From NCBI GenBank assembly GCA_001508005.1, contig LGEZ01000001.1, positions 52,392 to 116,391 on the forward strand: a stretch of DNA of 64,000 nt, read 5' to 3'. Position numbers and translations under genes: made by a program. Of this stretch, positions 50,801 through 59,463 are shown piece by piece. This DNA comes from Clostridia bacterium 41_269. Its GTDB lineage: Bacteria > Bacillota > DTU086. Each line of letters opens with the position of its first letter. The stretch's first letter is position 1. The notes under the pieces are model-generated. The model was not told the origin of the DNA. It made no database searches and saw only the letters and a program-made list of their open reading frames with translations.

Positions 50801-53800
50801 TATAGCAAGGGTTCCTGCCGGAGATACAGGGACCTACGATGTAATTGTGAGAAACGTAGACTATGATGTGGGCACTGGCTTTGGGGAAGGAGTTTTAGAA
50901 GACGGTATTACTTTTTATGAACCGCCGTCCCTTCTGCCTGAAGTTGAAGGGGTTTACCCCAATTCTGCCTCTGAGGGAGGAGGAATTCCTGCTGTTGTAA
51001 CGGGGCAGAATTTTCAGCCGGGAGCAGTGGTATATTTCGGTCTTGAAGAAGCAAGGGTTCTGGAATATTTAGGCAGTGAAAGCATCAAAGTGCTTGTTCC
51101 TTCTAATTCTGAAGGAGAGTATTACATTACGGTAACGAACCCTGATGGCGGAACGGGAGTATCTGAAAGTGCCCTTTTCACATACAAAAAGGCTGTGACC
51201 TATCCTGAAATTATAAGCATTTCGCCTTCCGCGGGAAGCGTTGAGGGAAGCACATTTGTGGTGATAAGGGGCAAAAACTTTCGCACTGGAGCTGTGGTTT
51301 ACTTTGGAAGCCGGGAGGCATCTTCTGTGGTCGTTTCCCTTGAGGATACATCTGCTGGAATATATAAGATTACCTGTTTTACGCCTCCGGGATCCGTGGG
51401 CTTCGTTGATGTTATTGTTATGAATCCTCCAAGTTCTTACGGTGTGGCAGTTTTTGAGGACGGCTTTGAGTACAGGAGGCCTGCCAGCAGTCCCAAAATA
51501 AACTCCGTTATGCCTCCCAGCGGTCCCACTACAGGAGGCACTAAGGTTACCATTAAGGGAAGCGATTTTAGGACAGGAGTTAAAATATATTTTGACGGAA
51601 TATTGGCCCAAAGCGTAACCCTTGTGGATTCGGAAACCATAACTGCAGTTTCTCCGGCTCACGGTGCGGGAAAGGTTGCCGTGACTGTGGTTAATTACGA
51701 TGGGGGTTCCGATACTTACGGCGACAGCGCCGATGAGCTGGGATTTACCTATGCGCTACCCGCAAGCAGTCCCGAAGTGCACTCTGTGGATCCCAAATAC
51801 GGGCCTTCCTGGAAGGAAACCTGGGTAACCATATACGGCTTGGATTTCAGACCAGGGGCTAAGGTTTACTTCGGCTTTTTGGAATCTTCCCAAGTGGAAT
51901 ACATTGACTATCAAACTTTGCGTGCCCTTGCCCCTGCCCAGCCGAAAAGCACTGTTGACGTTACTGTGGTGAACGAAGATTATGGGACGGGCACTTTAAA
52001 GAACGCTTTTACATACAGGAGCTCGGCTCCCGAGATTGAATCAATTGCTCCGGAATTGGGAGACAAAAACGGCGGATACGAAGCTGTTATATACGGCAGT
52101 GAGTTTATCGTTGAATATGATGGAAGCGGAGAAACTATAGTCCTGTGCCCAAGAGTTTACTTTGAGCAGGGGACATTGAGGGCTGAAGCTGAAGTTCTTG
52201 TGGGTTCGGATTCGCAGTCGCTTTTAATTGTGGTTCCTGCTGCCCCAGGTGGTATTATTGGCTATTACGATGTGAGGGTGGTAAATCCCGATGGATCAGA
52301 AGCTGTCCTAAGCAAAGGATTTAAATACACGGTTTCCGCAAGCAGTCCCACAATAACTGGAGTTGAACCTCAAAAGGGTATTGTTTTGGGCGGCACCCCC
52401 ATAAAAATTTACGGTTCCGATTTCAGGGGTGAGGCTTTGGTTTTCATTGGAGGAAAGAAAGCTTTAAACGTTGTTGTGGTAAGTGAAGGATTAATAAGAG
52501 CGGTTACTCCGCCGCACAGTGCAGGCAAAAAAGACATTACCGTTGTCAATTACGACGGTGGCCGCTATACATTGGAAGATGCCTTTGAGTACGGCATGCC
52601 TTTAAGCGAGCCCATAATAACAAAAATTGAGCCTTCCAAGGGGCCCAGCACAGGAGGAACAAAAATTACCGTCACAGGAAGGGATTTTAGAGCCAATGCA
52701 TCCCTGTACATTGGCGGAGAGCCCTGTACTGATGTAGTGGTTGTGGATTACAAAACCATTACGGCAGTGACTCCTCCAGGAGAAGTGGGTAAGGCAGACG
52801 TTATAGTAATAAACGAAGACCTGGGCACAGCGGTTCTTCCAGGAGGATTTACCTACATTTATGTAGAGCCTCCAGTAGTTGAATCCGTGATTCCAAACCG
52901 AGGGCCCACTACGGGAGGTACCGAAATCATCATATCAGGAAGTAACTTTAAAAAAGGTGCCGTGGTCTATATAGGGGAAGCAAAAGCCGAAGTGAGAGAG
53001 GTTTCTTCTGATAAGATAACTGCGGTTACTCCTGCAGGAGGTCCAGGCTGGCATGATGTGATTGTGATTAATACGGACGGGGGAAAAGGAGTTCTTGAGG
53101 ATGCCTTTTACTACTACGAGCCAAGGACGGAACCTAGCACACCGAGCTGGCTTAAAGCGGAAGCCTTCGACGAGCGGACGGTGAAACTTTCTTGGGGAGA
53201 GGCAAAATTTGCTAACTACTTTGAAGTTTACGTCAGGGAAAAGGGAGACAACATCTTTAGATTTGTCGATCAAACGAAGAATGACGTTCACGAGTACTAT
53301 GTTACGGGACTGAAGCCTGGTACCCTGTATGTTTTTAAGGTGAGGGCTGTCAATGAGCTGGGTATTTCCCAGTTTACAGATACCGCTGAAGCAAGAACAA
53401 AATCTGGTGATGCTGATGAAGAAGCTGAAGAGGATAAAGAGAAGGCTCAGGAAAGGGTAAGGATAGAACACGGCCAGAATTCGGTTTTTGTCATCATACC
53501 CGGTGATAAGGCTCTTAAAAGAGAGGACTATATCTTTGATTTCAGCGGTGCTTCATATTACGGTGTAAAAACTTTTGTGCTGCAGGTCAGCGCGGATGCT
53601 GCAGGGGATATTGCAAAGGAAGTGACTGTGAGACTCAGCGGTGCGGAAATTACATTGCCCCCTGTGCTTTGGAACCTTTCTGAAGTGAAGTCTTTAAAGA
53701 GTTCGGATAGAAAAAATGCTCTTATCCGATTTAGGGTGTCCGATGCGGGGTACAGGGATGTAGAAAGCGCCCTTTCGGTTTTGCCCAAAGGGGCAAAGAT

Positions 53801-54053
53801 TGCAGGTAGAGCCCTTGCCGTAAGCGTAGACGTATGGAACAGAGGAGTGGTTCTGAAGCCTGCTGTTTACCCTGCTTCCATAAAAGTATTGTTTAAGATG
53901 GCTTCAACTTCATATTCATATGGCAGCTCCCTTTCTATATTAAGGTACGATACGTCGGGGAGCTGGCGTTATGATACTCAAGCGGTTGCTTCAACCTCGG
54001 GCGTTTATACCTATACGAAAGTCCCGGCAACACTTCTTCCTGTTTACCGGTAG
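47883..54053 (+). CDS. Giant secreted cell-surface protein, 2056 aa. Signal peptide, about 18 tandem IPT/TIG (Ig-like) domains, one fibronectin type III domain and an acidic Glu/Asp-rich segment. No SLH or LPXTG anchor.
   Basis: The N-terminal signal peptide is MRRKRSRLESLGFFIFLTVVSLFCLL. A roughly 100-aa repeat unit of the form I-T/S-x-[IV]-x-P-x-x-G-P/S-x-x-GGT-x-[IV]-T-I-x-G-x-x-F recurs about 18 times. The FN3 domain is LSWGEAKFANYFEVYV...YVFKVRAVN. The gene is co-directional with csrA and only 42 nt downstream, with no terminator between. Confidence 0.8.
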   Translation: MRRKRSRLESLGFFIFLTVVSLFCLLNFGPFCAYGEETLSIVSVTPDKVSNDGGQIITIKGTGFMTGMKIYFNDVQVGPGSISIKLSSIGYDTAEVVAPPGNTGYVKIKVEDPSNPDNYAVLLNAFWYQSTPTITGISPNSGSTVGGTVITITGSEFGEAGSMGNSIELYIGSTRVQNVTLVNSTTITAVTPPSTLGPKSITLINADGGTCTVPSTSANAFTYVPSSPSITSVSPSYGPTLGGTELTITGQEFSENAKVKIGEHWAQTVTYVSSTKLIATAPASENVGFADVLVENPDGQTAVLDDAFEYIAVPVVQNITPNYGLPGEDRTSNPVVITGANFDPSGVNVYFGGKEAQVNLSTLTSTRIEITKLPDVTPGTVDVKVVNFRNSREEYTLKRGFTFKTQTSQPEIYSIDPNSGSTEEYTRVTIKGKELLTGATLYVGGEPVPLDDAEFISTSEVKVTIPPSSKTGAKDVKWVNYDGGEDTLESGFIHIRPEEQVKITSVTPNRGPEDEHTPITISGVNFMDPNDPDFVSCTVTIGDVLVLDLEWVDSRTLRAKTPLGYVREGETETSWDVVIVQVYKDSEGNEIVQKYVFANGFTYVLPGSNPTIAEVYDYETFRKSHITVNSGPLSGGNRAVIVGTDFRTQGSTLPKVEFGTGYSWREAQVLQVITISSSQSEPDYERGIPAYESGVKEMALVVEVPEGFSTGSVDVRVTNPDLGTAVLKNGWIYKVCSLNVTAITPNRGPVTGGIVVVISGANFTEDYSLWVKFVHNYGDGSTDTTVVENIIEIRDSAVRFYLPRSIEGLKDVVVYNRFGERTLKNAFTYYAPLSTPSISSVTPSSGSSLGGDTVVITGEDFREGAVVTIGGREATVVNVTWDTIEIITPSGTPGLKDVAVRNPDGGYVVLKEGFKYISSPEVISVQPSVVSASGGTIVTIKGKQFYSGASVYFKRGEALLQAPDVKVADENTIIARVPAGDTGTYDVIVRNVDYDVGTGFGEGVLEDGITFYEPPSLLPEVEGVYPNSASEGGGIPAVVTGQNFQPGAVVYFGLEEARVLEYLGSESIKVLVPSNSEGEYYITVTNPDGGTGVSESALFTYKKAVTYPEIISISPSAGSVEGSTFVVIRGKNFRTGAVVYFGSREASSVVVSLEDTSAGIYKITCFTPPGSVGFVDVIVMNPPSSYGVAVFEDGFEYRRPASSPKINSVMPPSGPTTGGTKVTIKGSDFRTGVKIYFDGILAQSVTLVDSETITAVSPAHGAGKVAVTVVNYDGGSDTYGDSADELGFTYALPASSPEVHSVDPKYGPSWKETWVTIYGLDFRPGAKVYFGFLESSQVEYIDYQTLRALAPAQPKSTVDVTVVNEDYGTGTLKNAFTYRSSAPEIESIAPELGDKNGGYEAVIYGSEFIVEYDGSGETIVLCPRVYFEQGTLRAEAEVLVGSDSQSLLIVVPAAPGGIIGYYDVRVVNPDGSEAVLSKGFKYTVSASSPTITGVEPQKGIVLGGTPIKIYGSDFRGEALVFIGGKKALNVVVVSEGLIRAVTPPHSAGKKDITVVNYDGGRYTLEDAFEYGMPLSEPIITKIEPSKGPSTGGTKITVTGRDFRANASLYIGGEPCTDVVVVDYKTITAVTPPGEVGKADVIVINEDLGTAVLPGGFTYIYVEPPVVESVIPNRGPTTGGTEIIISGSNFKKGAVVYIGEAKAEVREVSSDKITAVTPAGGPGWHDVIVINTDGGKGVLEDAFYYYEPRTEPSTPSWLKAEAFDERTVKLSWGEAKFANYFEVYVREKGDNIFRFVDQTKNDVHEYYVTGLKPGTLYVFKVRAVNELGISQFTDTAEARTKSGDADEEAEEDKEKAQERVRIEHGQNSVFVIIPGDKALKREDYIFDFSGASYYGVKTFVLQVSADAAGDIAKEVTVRLSGAEITLPPVLWNLSEVKSLKSSDRKNALIRFRVSDAGYRDVESALSVLPKGAKIAGRALAVSVDVWNRGVVLKPAVYPASIKVLFKMASTSYSYGSSLSILRYDTSGSWRYDTQAVASTSGVYTYTKVPATLLPVYR

Positions 54054-54076
54054 CGGCAAAATTATCTTCAAGGGAG

Positions 54077-56590
54077 ATGGGCAGGGTGAAAGCAAAGAAT
54101 TTTAAAGTCTTTTTCACGGCTTTTGTTTTACTTGCGATATTCTGGTGCGGGGAGTTTTTCCTTGAGGCAGAGGTTGCAGAAGGCACTTCATATACCCAGT
54201 ATAGAGGTGTAAGCTACGGAGAAAAGTACCTCTCTGCCATAAAGTTTAGGGACGTGGGAAGTCACTGGGCCAAGGTGCCTATATATCGCTCTGCTGCACA
54301 GGGCCTGATATTCGGATACGGCAGCGGGTATTTCCGCCCGAATTCTCCCGTTACTAGAGAAGAAGCTGCTGCCATGCTTGTGCGCTTAAAGGGAGTAGGC
54401 GGAGATGACCTCCAAAATAATGGGGGTACAGGGGGTTCATGGGCATCTCCCCATCTTCAGGTTGCCTTGGATGAGGGCATCATAACAGAGCAGGAAAAAA
54501 GTGCAATGGAAAAAAATCCGGGAAGATATGCCCAAAGACAGCAGGTGGCAGCTTGGGCGGCAAAAGTTCTTGAATTGGAGCCCGACTACAGCATAGGATA
54601 TCAGCTTCTCCGTTCCTTTAAGGACTGGCAGAAAATAACTTCGGAATACACTCCCTTTGTAGCCGCTTCTGTAAGGGAAGGGGTTTTTGCCGGCAGTGCA
54701 TCTGGCTACTTTAAGCCCAATGCTTCTATATCTAGGGGAGAGATGGCTGCGGTTTTGGACAGGCTGAGCCAACGACTGGCTGAAGATAGGGGGTTGGTTT
54801 TTGCTGAGGGCAAGGTAACGGGAAGCGAGGCGTATTGGGAGGAAACTCCATCGGGACGGAAAAAGAAGGTTGAAGTTATGGTGCAGAAGAGCTCCGGAGA
54901 AACGGTGCTCATAAAAAGCGGCGGAACTGACGGGGATTACCCCGTATACAGAGGAGGAAAGCTGGGACTCAGTGATCTGCTGAAGAGCGGGGATTACGTA
55001 AAAATGGTCCTCACGGAAAACGGAGAGGTGCTTTTCGTCGAGGTTTCCGCATCAGCCTCTCGGGCGCTTACGGGCACTTTTGTGGGGCTTGACCTTGACG
55101 GAAAGAAAATCTACATAAGGGATTTCCAAGGTAAAGATCTTGTTCTTCCCATTCAGTTGCCCCTGGGGGTTACCATAAACGGAATGGGGGTTGAGCCGCA
55201 GGACCTGATTCCCGGGCAGGAGGTTTCCCTAACCGTTAAAGGAGGGGCTGTCACGGCAGTTGCGGGAATCCTTGACAAGATTCCCGATATTTATGGTGAG
55301 AGCCGCAGGGAAGTGGTTGAGGGAGTTGTCAAAAATGTGAGCTCCTCCGGGGATGAGATAACCGTTGCCTCCGGAAACAGACAGCTGACTTTTAGAATTG
55401 ATTCCCGAACTGCCGTAATTAAGAGGGGAACTCCCTACTCTCCCAAGTGGATAAAAGCAGGGGACAGCGTCAAGGTACAAACGGTGGGCGGCGGATATGC
55501 TTCAAGGGTTGAAGTGTTTTCGGGTGAAAAAACGGCTGCAGGCATTATTAGGGGAAGAATTGAGGGTGTCAGCTCATCTTCGGGAAGGATTGTTTTAAGC
55601 GGCGTGGAAAGATATTTTTACGGCGGATGGTACGCTGACACGGGCTCCCTCGTTCTTAAAGTTTCACCCAATGCAGAGATTTACGATATAAGCGGGCGCG
55701 TAGATGTCAACTGGCTCGAGAAGTCTGCAGCGGGAAGGGAGATTTACGCTGTTATTGCTGAAAGCTTTGGATCGCCGGAAGCCCAGAGCATTTATGTAAA
55801 GAGCGGATACTCGGAAAGCAGAAGCGGACTTGTGGACGAAATTGACTTTTCTACTGCCCGTATGTACCTTGAAGACGGATTCGGCGGCATAATCATCGGT
55901 CCGCAGACTTCGGTGGTGCGAAACGGCAGGCTTATAAGCGTGGAAGATGTGGAGGAAGGGGCTTCCGTTTTTGTGGAAACCGACAGGGTTTCTGGAGAGG
56001 AGTACGGTGCCTTCATCCTTTGGGATGATTTCATACCGACAGGGTGGAGCTTAATAAGGGGTGAAATAGATGAAGTGGACGACGGAGAAATAACGTTGAG
56101 CTCCTACAGCTTATTTGACGACAATGATTGGGACGAGCCCAGTTCCTCTTCAAAAGATAGAGATCTTGAAGTTTCAACAGAGGCTGTGATCATCGACGCT
56201 GTAGATCCTCAAAACCCCAAAACACTGGAACCCGAAGACTTCTTCTACACCAGGTTTACAAGTGATTATGAAAACAAATTTGCCGTTGCTCTTGTGTACG
56301 ATGATCTCGTAAAGGGATTGGTCATTTTGGATGGTGAGCCTAGCGGTGATAGAACCAGCATCGGCGTGGTCAGTTCCGCTTCGGGCGGTAAAATAAATAT
56401 CGATAGGGTTAGGGACTGGAGCTCGCCCGTTGGGGAGTGGAAGGTAAACCGTTATTCCGTAAGCCTCAGTATAAAGGGGGCAGCCGTAGTGAGAAAGGGA
56501 GAGGTTTATGCAGGCACGGGTGTGCGCTCCGGAGACACCGTTTTCGTGCTTCATGATATGAACAGCGTTCATGTGGTATTCGTTCAGTGA
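54077..56590 (+). CDS. SLH-domain cell-wall-anchored protein (three N-terminal SLH modules plus repeated small beta-domains). The start may be GTG 54086.
   Basis: SLH motifs (FRDVGSHWAKVPIYRSAAQGLIFGYGSGYFRPNSPVTREEAAAMLVRL; ...ISRGEMAAVLDRL) follow a signal-anchor N-terminus. 837 aa. Confidence 0.75.
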   Translation: MGRVKAKNFKVFFTAFVLLAIFWCGEFFLEAEVAEGTSYTQYRGVSYGEKYLSAIKFRDVGSHWAKVPIYRSAAQGLIFGYGSGYFRPNSPVTREEAAAMLVRLKGVGGDDLQNNGGTGGSWASPHLQVALDEGIITEQEKSAMEKNPGRYAQRQQVAAWAAKVLELEPDYSIGYQLLRSFKDWQKITSEYTPFVAASVREGVFAGSASGYFKPNASISRGEMAAVLDRLSQRLAEDRGLVFAEGKVTGSEAYWEETPSGRKKKVEVMVQKSSGETVLIKSGGTDGDYPVYRGGKLGLSDLLKSGDYVKMVLTENGEVLFVEVSASASRALTGTFVGLDLDGKKIYIRDFQGKDLVLPIQLPLGVTINGMGVEPQDLIPGQEVSLTVKGGAVTAVAGILDKIPDIYGESRREVVEGVVKNVSSSGDEITVASGNRQLTFRIDSRTAVIKRGTPYSPKWIKAGDSVKVQTVGGGYASRVEVFSGEKTAAGIIRGRIEGVSSSSGRIVLSGVERYFYGGWYADTGSLVLKVSPNAEIYDISGRVDVNWLEKSAAGREIYAVIAESFGSPEAQSIYVKSGYSESRSGLVDEIDFSTARMYLEDGFGGIIIGPQTSVVRNGRLISVEDVEEGASVFVETDRVSGEEYGAFILWDDFIPTGWSLIRGEIDEVDDGEITLSSYSLFDDNDWDEPSSSSKDRDLEVSTEAVIIDAVDPQNPKTLEPEDFFYTRFTSDYENKFAVALVYDDLVKGLVILDGEPSGDRTSIGVVSSASGGKINIDRVRDWSSPVGEWKVNRYSVSLSIKGAAVVRKGEVYAGTGVRSGDTVFVLHDMNSVHVVFVQ

Positions 56591-56602
56591 TTGGGGTGGT
56601 AA

Positions 56603-58183
56603 ATGTTGATTTGTGCGCTGTCAAAGGTGAAAAAATTGGCGTCTTATGCTCTGATTTTCTTTATCGGAATTTATGCGGTTTTTCTCGGTACACCTGGAGC
56701 TTTTGCCGCGGAGGACCCCAGAAACACCGAAGGGGGAGTGTACAACGACAGCGAGTATCAGGAAATTCTTTTCATCACGGGTAAGCCAGTAATTCTTAAA
56801 GGCACCGTAAAGTCCAGCGGAGGAGCGGGACGCAGCGGCAGGGGCACTTATACGTCTTCGGTCAACTTTACTTTGGAAAATGCCGATGAGGGTATAAAAC
56901 TTACCCGCAGGATATCCTTCACAACCACGGAGGAGAAAAGGGACAGGCAAACTGTGACCGTGACGAAGGTTAATTCCTTTTCCGAGTCCATAAAGGTTGG
57001 GGAGCGAACCTACACCCTTAAAGATTTTACCTTCAGCAAATCCGTCATCACCGATGACAGACCTGCGGTGGACTACTTTTCTGGAAACTGGAGCGCCAGA
57101 AAGGTTTACGAAACCGACAAAGGTGCTGGGCAGCTTGTGGTGGATATAATCGGCGAGACCGTAGGCTACGACAGCTTCTGGGGAAGCACCGAAACCCAAA
57201 GGGTATCGGGGAGCCTGAACTTTGAGGGGAAGGTTACTGTTGGTGAAGCCGTGTATGAAGACGAGTGGGGTGGTACCTTTGCCTTTGACGCAACCTACAA
57301 CAGAATCAAGGAAGTTACCTATGAAGAAAACGATCCTCAGTACATAAGCTTTCCCGGCGGATTCGTTCTCACGGAAAACACCGACCACTACGTGAGGTAT
57401 ACTGCAAGGCTTCCCGAGTTTGACGAAAGCGGTATTTCTACGAGCGGATGGGAGCAGTATTCGGGCAGTTTGAGCCTGTCAGGTGCTCCCTCATACAAGA
57501 GGCTTCCTACTCACTACTTCAGGGATATGGGAAGCCACTGGGCAAGAAGCGATGCGGAACTGCTCTACGGTCTCGGAGTGCTGGACAGGGGAGAATATTT
57601 CGGTCCCACTGTGCCCATGACCCGTGGAGAATTTGCTCGCATGCTGGCAAGGGCGCTGGGGCTGGTTTCTTCGGATGAGGGAAGTGCACAGAACGGCAGG
57701 ACCGTTAAAAGAACCATAGGTGTGAGTCTTCCTTGGGGCGGATTCGGCGGAACGGCAGGCCGTGAGGAAGAGAAGCTTTTCCACGATGTCCCCAGCGACC
57801 ACCCCTATTACAGTGAAATTAAAGCCGTGTACGAAAGCGGCATCATAAAGGGTACGGGAAACGGTTATTTCTCTCCGGGAGAGAAGCTTACCAGGGCACA
57901 GGCTTTGACCATATTCATAAGGGCTCTAGGGTTTGACCACATTCCCCTTGCTTCGTACCTTCTGGATGCTTACAGGGATGCTTCCCAGATTCCCAAATGG
58001 GCTGTAAATTCCGTTTTTCTGGCAGCGGAAATAGGGCTGGTGGAAGGAAACAGTTACGGGTACCTCCTTCCCAACAGCGTCCTCACCAGAGCGGAAGCTG
58101 CTTCCCTTCTTACCAGGTTTATAACATACATGCAGAAGGATTTGAGGACAGAGTACAGGGACAGGCTGCTGGGCTACCGCTGA
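56603..58183 (+). CDS. Secreted protein with three C-terminal SLH modules
   Basis: Signal peptide (ASYALIFFIGIYAVFLGTPGAFAAE). C-terminal SLH motifs (FRDMGSHWARSDAELLYGLGVLDRG...TRGEFARMLARAL; FHDVPSDHPYY...TRAQALTIFIRAL; ...TRAEAASLLTRF). Confidence 0.75.
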   Translation: MLICALSKVKKLASYALIFFIGIYAVFLGTPGAFAAEDPRNTEGGVYNDSEYQEILFITGKPVILKGTVKSSGGAGRSGRGTYTSSVNFTLENADEGIKLTRRISFTTTEEKRDRQTVTVTKVNSFSESIKVGERTYTLKDFTFSKSVITDDRPAVDYFSGNWSARKVYETDKGAGQLVVDIIGETVGYDSFWGSTETQRVSGSLNFEGKVTVGEAVYEDEWGGTFAFDATYNRIKEVTYEENDPQYISFPGGFVLTENTDHYVRYTARLPEFDESGISTSGWEQYSGSLSLSGAPSYKRLPTHYFRDMGSHWARSDAELLYGLGVLDRGEYFGPTVPMTRGEFARMLARALGLVSSDEGSAQNGRTVKRTIGVSLPWGGFGGTAGREEEKLFHDVPSDHPYYSEIKAVYESGIIKGTGNGYFSPGEKLTRAQALTIFIRALGFDHIPLASYLLDAYRDASQIPKWAVNSVFLAAEIGLVEGNSYGYLLPNSVLTRAEAASLLTRFITYMQKDLRTEYRDRLLGYR

Positions 58184-58195
58184 TACCGAAAAGTC

Positions 58196-58236
58196 AAAGA
58201 GCCCCGAAGTATTTTTTTCGTCGGGGCTCTTTTTTA
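58196..58236 (+). terminator. Rho-independent terminator ending the flgM...SLH transcription unit
   Basis: AAAGAGCCCCGA-agtattttttt-CGTCGGGGCTCTTT followed by TTTT. Confidence 0.8.
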
Positions 58237-58251
58237 GGAAGAAGCCCCTTC

Positions 58252-58281
58252 TTGACATCGAACATATGTTCCCTGTATAAT
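58252..58281 (+). promoter_or_regulatory. Sigma-A promoter with an embedded LexA (Cheo/SOS) box
   Basis: TTGACA-N18-TATAAT. The spacer contains CGAACATATGTTCC (58259-58272), matching the Gram-positive LexA box consensus CGAAC-N4-GTTCG. Confidence 0.75.
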
Positions 58282-58320
58282 TGCTTTGGGAAGTCATATT
58301 AAGGGAGGGGGAGAAGAGGG

Positions 58321-58628
58321 TGAGGGGCAATACCCTTTGGGAGGGGCACAGGGTCGTAGTTTCCGAGCTCAGGCAGGGCATAGCCCGAACCAAAAGGGAG
58401 GCGGAGGCTGAAGACCCGCCCTTTCTGCCCGATGAAAGAATTGCGGAGATTGAGACGGTCTTAAGGGAAGCCGCCTCTGCCCAAAGGCCTGTGGAGGTAA
58501 CCTATTTCAACGGAGAGAAAAGGGTGAAAGTTTTGGCGAAAAAAGTTTCCTTTCCCGGAAACGGCGTGGTGCAGCTGGATGCCGTAAGGGTTCACTACAC
58601 CATGATAACCGATGCCCGCTTTTGTTAA
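58321..58628 (+). CDS. YolD-like protein (SOS-mutagenesis accessory family), orphan with no adjacent Y-family polymerase
   Basis: VRGNTLWEG...LPDERIAEIETVLREA...VEVTYFNGEK...VQLDAVRVHYTMI parallels the B. subtilis YolD layout (RGNIKW ... EE..L.E ... V.VKLYNG ... F.DIVSI). An AGGGAGGGGGAG RBS precedes GTG 58321. A LexA box lies in its promoter. Confidence 0.5.
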
Positions 58629-58698
58629 TGCCGTCGGGCAGGAATTTTGTGCACGGCATAGAAAAGGTAATCGTAATTAGATTTTGGGAGGGGATTTT

Positions 58699-59463
58699 TT
58701 GAATCTTCTTGAAGTAAGAAATCTGACCCTTAAAAAGGGAGAAAACGAAATACTCAAAAAGGTCAATCTGATCCTTGAACCTGGTGAAGTCCATGCGGTT
58801 ATCGGTCCCAACGGTGCCGGCAAAAGCAGCCTTGCCTATACCATTATGGGCCTTGAGGGTTACAGTCCAAAAGAAGGCAAGATTTTCTTTGAAGGAGAAG
58901 ATATCACAAACCTTCCCATAAACGAAAGGGCCAAAAGGGGCCTTACCCTTGCATGGCAGGAGCCCGCACGCTTTGAAGGTATTACCGTGGAGCAGTATTT
59001 AAAAATAAGCACCAACGGGTCCAAGCAGTACAGTTCCAGTGGTATTGAGCTTCCCCGGCTGACGCCCGAGGAAGCTCTTCTGAAGGTCGCCCTTAATCCC
59101 GAAAAGTACCTTAAGAGAAAGGTGGACAAAGGTTTAAGCGGCGGCGAAAGAAAGCGCGTGGAACTTGCATCCATCCTGCTCATGCGCCCCAAAGCCGTGA
59201 TTTTGGACGAGCCTGATTCGGGAATTGACACGGTGGCCATTGAGAAAATTTTTGAGATAATAGAGGAGTTTAAGAGACTCGGGATCGGGGTGCTTCTCAT
59301 TACCCACTCCCACAAAATGCTGGAAGCGGCTGACTGCGCTACCCTCCTTTGTTCCGGTTTTGTGGTCAAAACGGGGTCCCCTGAGGAAGCGGCGGAATAC
59401 TACAACGTCCGGTGCCTTCCCTGCCCCAGTGAAGTGTATCCCCAGGAGGAGGAAAAGATATGA
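58699..59463 (+). CDS. sufC: Fe-S cluster assembly ATPase SufC
   Basis: ABC ATPase with Walker A GPNGAGKSS, signature LSGGERKR and Walker B ILDEPDSGID. The SufC-typical N-terminus LLEVRNLTL follows TTG 58699 behind a GGGAGGGG RBS. Confidence 0.8.
   Translation: MNLLEVRNLTLKKGENEILKKVNLILEPGEVHAVIGPNGAGKSSLAYTIMGLEGYSPKEGKIFFEGEDITNLPINERAKRGLTLAWQEPARFEGITVEQYLKISTNGSKQYSSSGIELPRLTPEEALLKVALNPEKYLKRKVDKGLSGGERKRVELASILLMRPKAVILDEPDSGIDTVAIEKIFEIIEEFKRLGIGVLLITHSHKMLEAADCATLLCSGFVVKTGSPEEAAEYYNVRCLPCPSEVYPQEEEKI

Noticed and set aside
47883-54053. CRISPR-like or tandem-repeat element suggested by periodic DNA similarity
   Set aside because: The periodicity is the roughly 300-bp IPT/TIG domain repeat of a single long ORF. 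There are no short direct repeats with unique spacers anywhere in the window.
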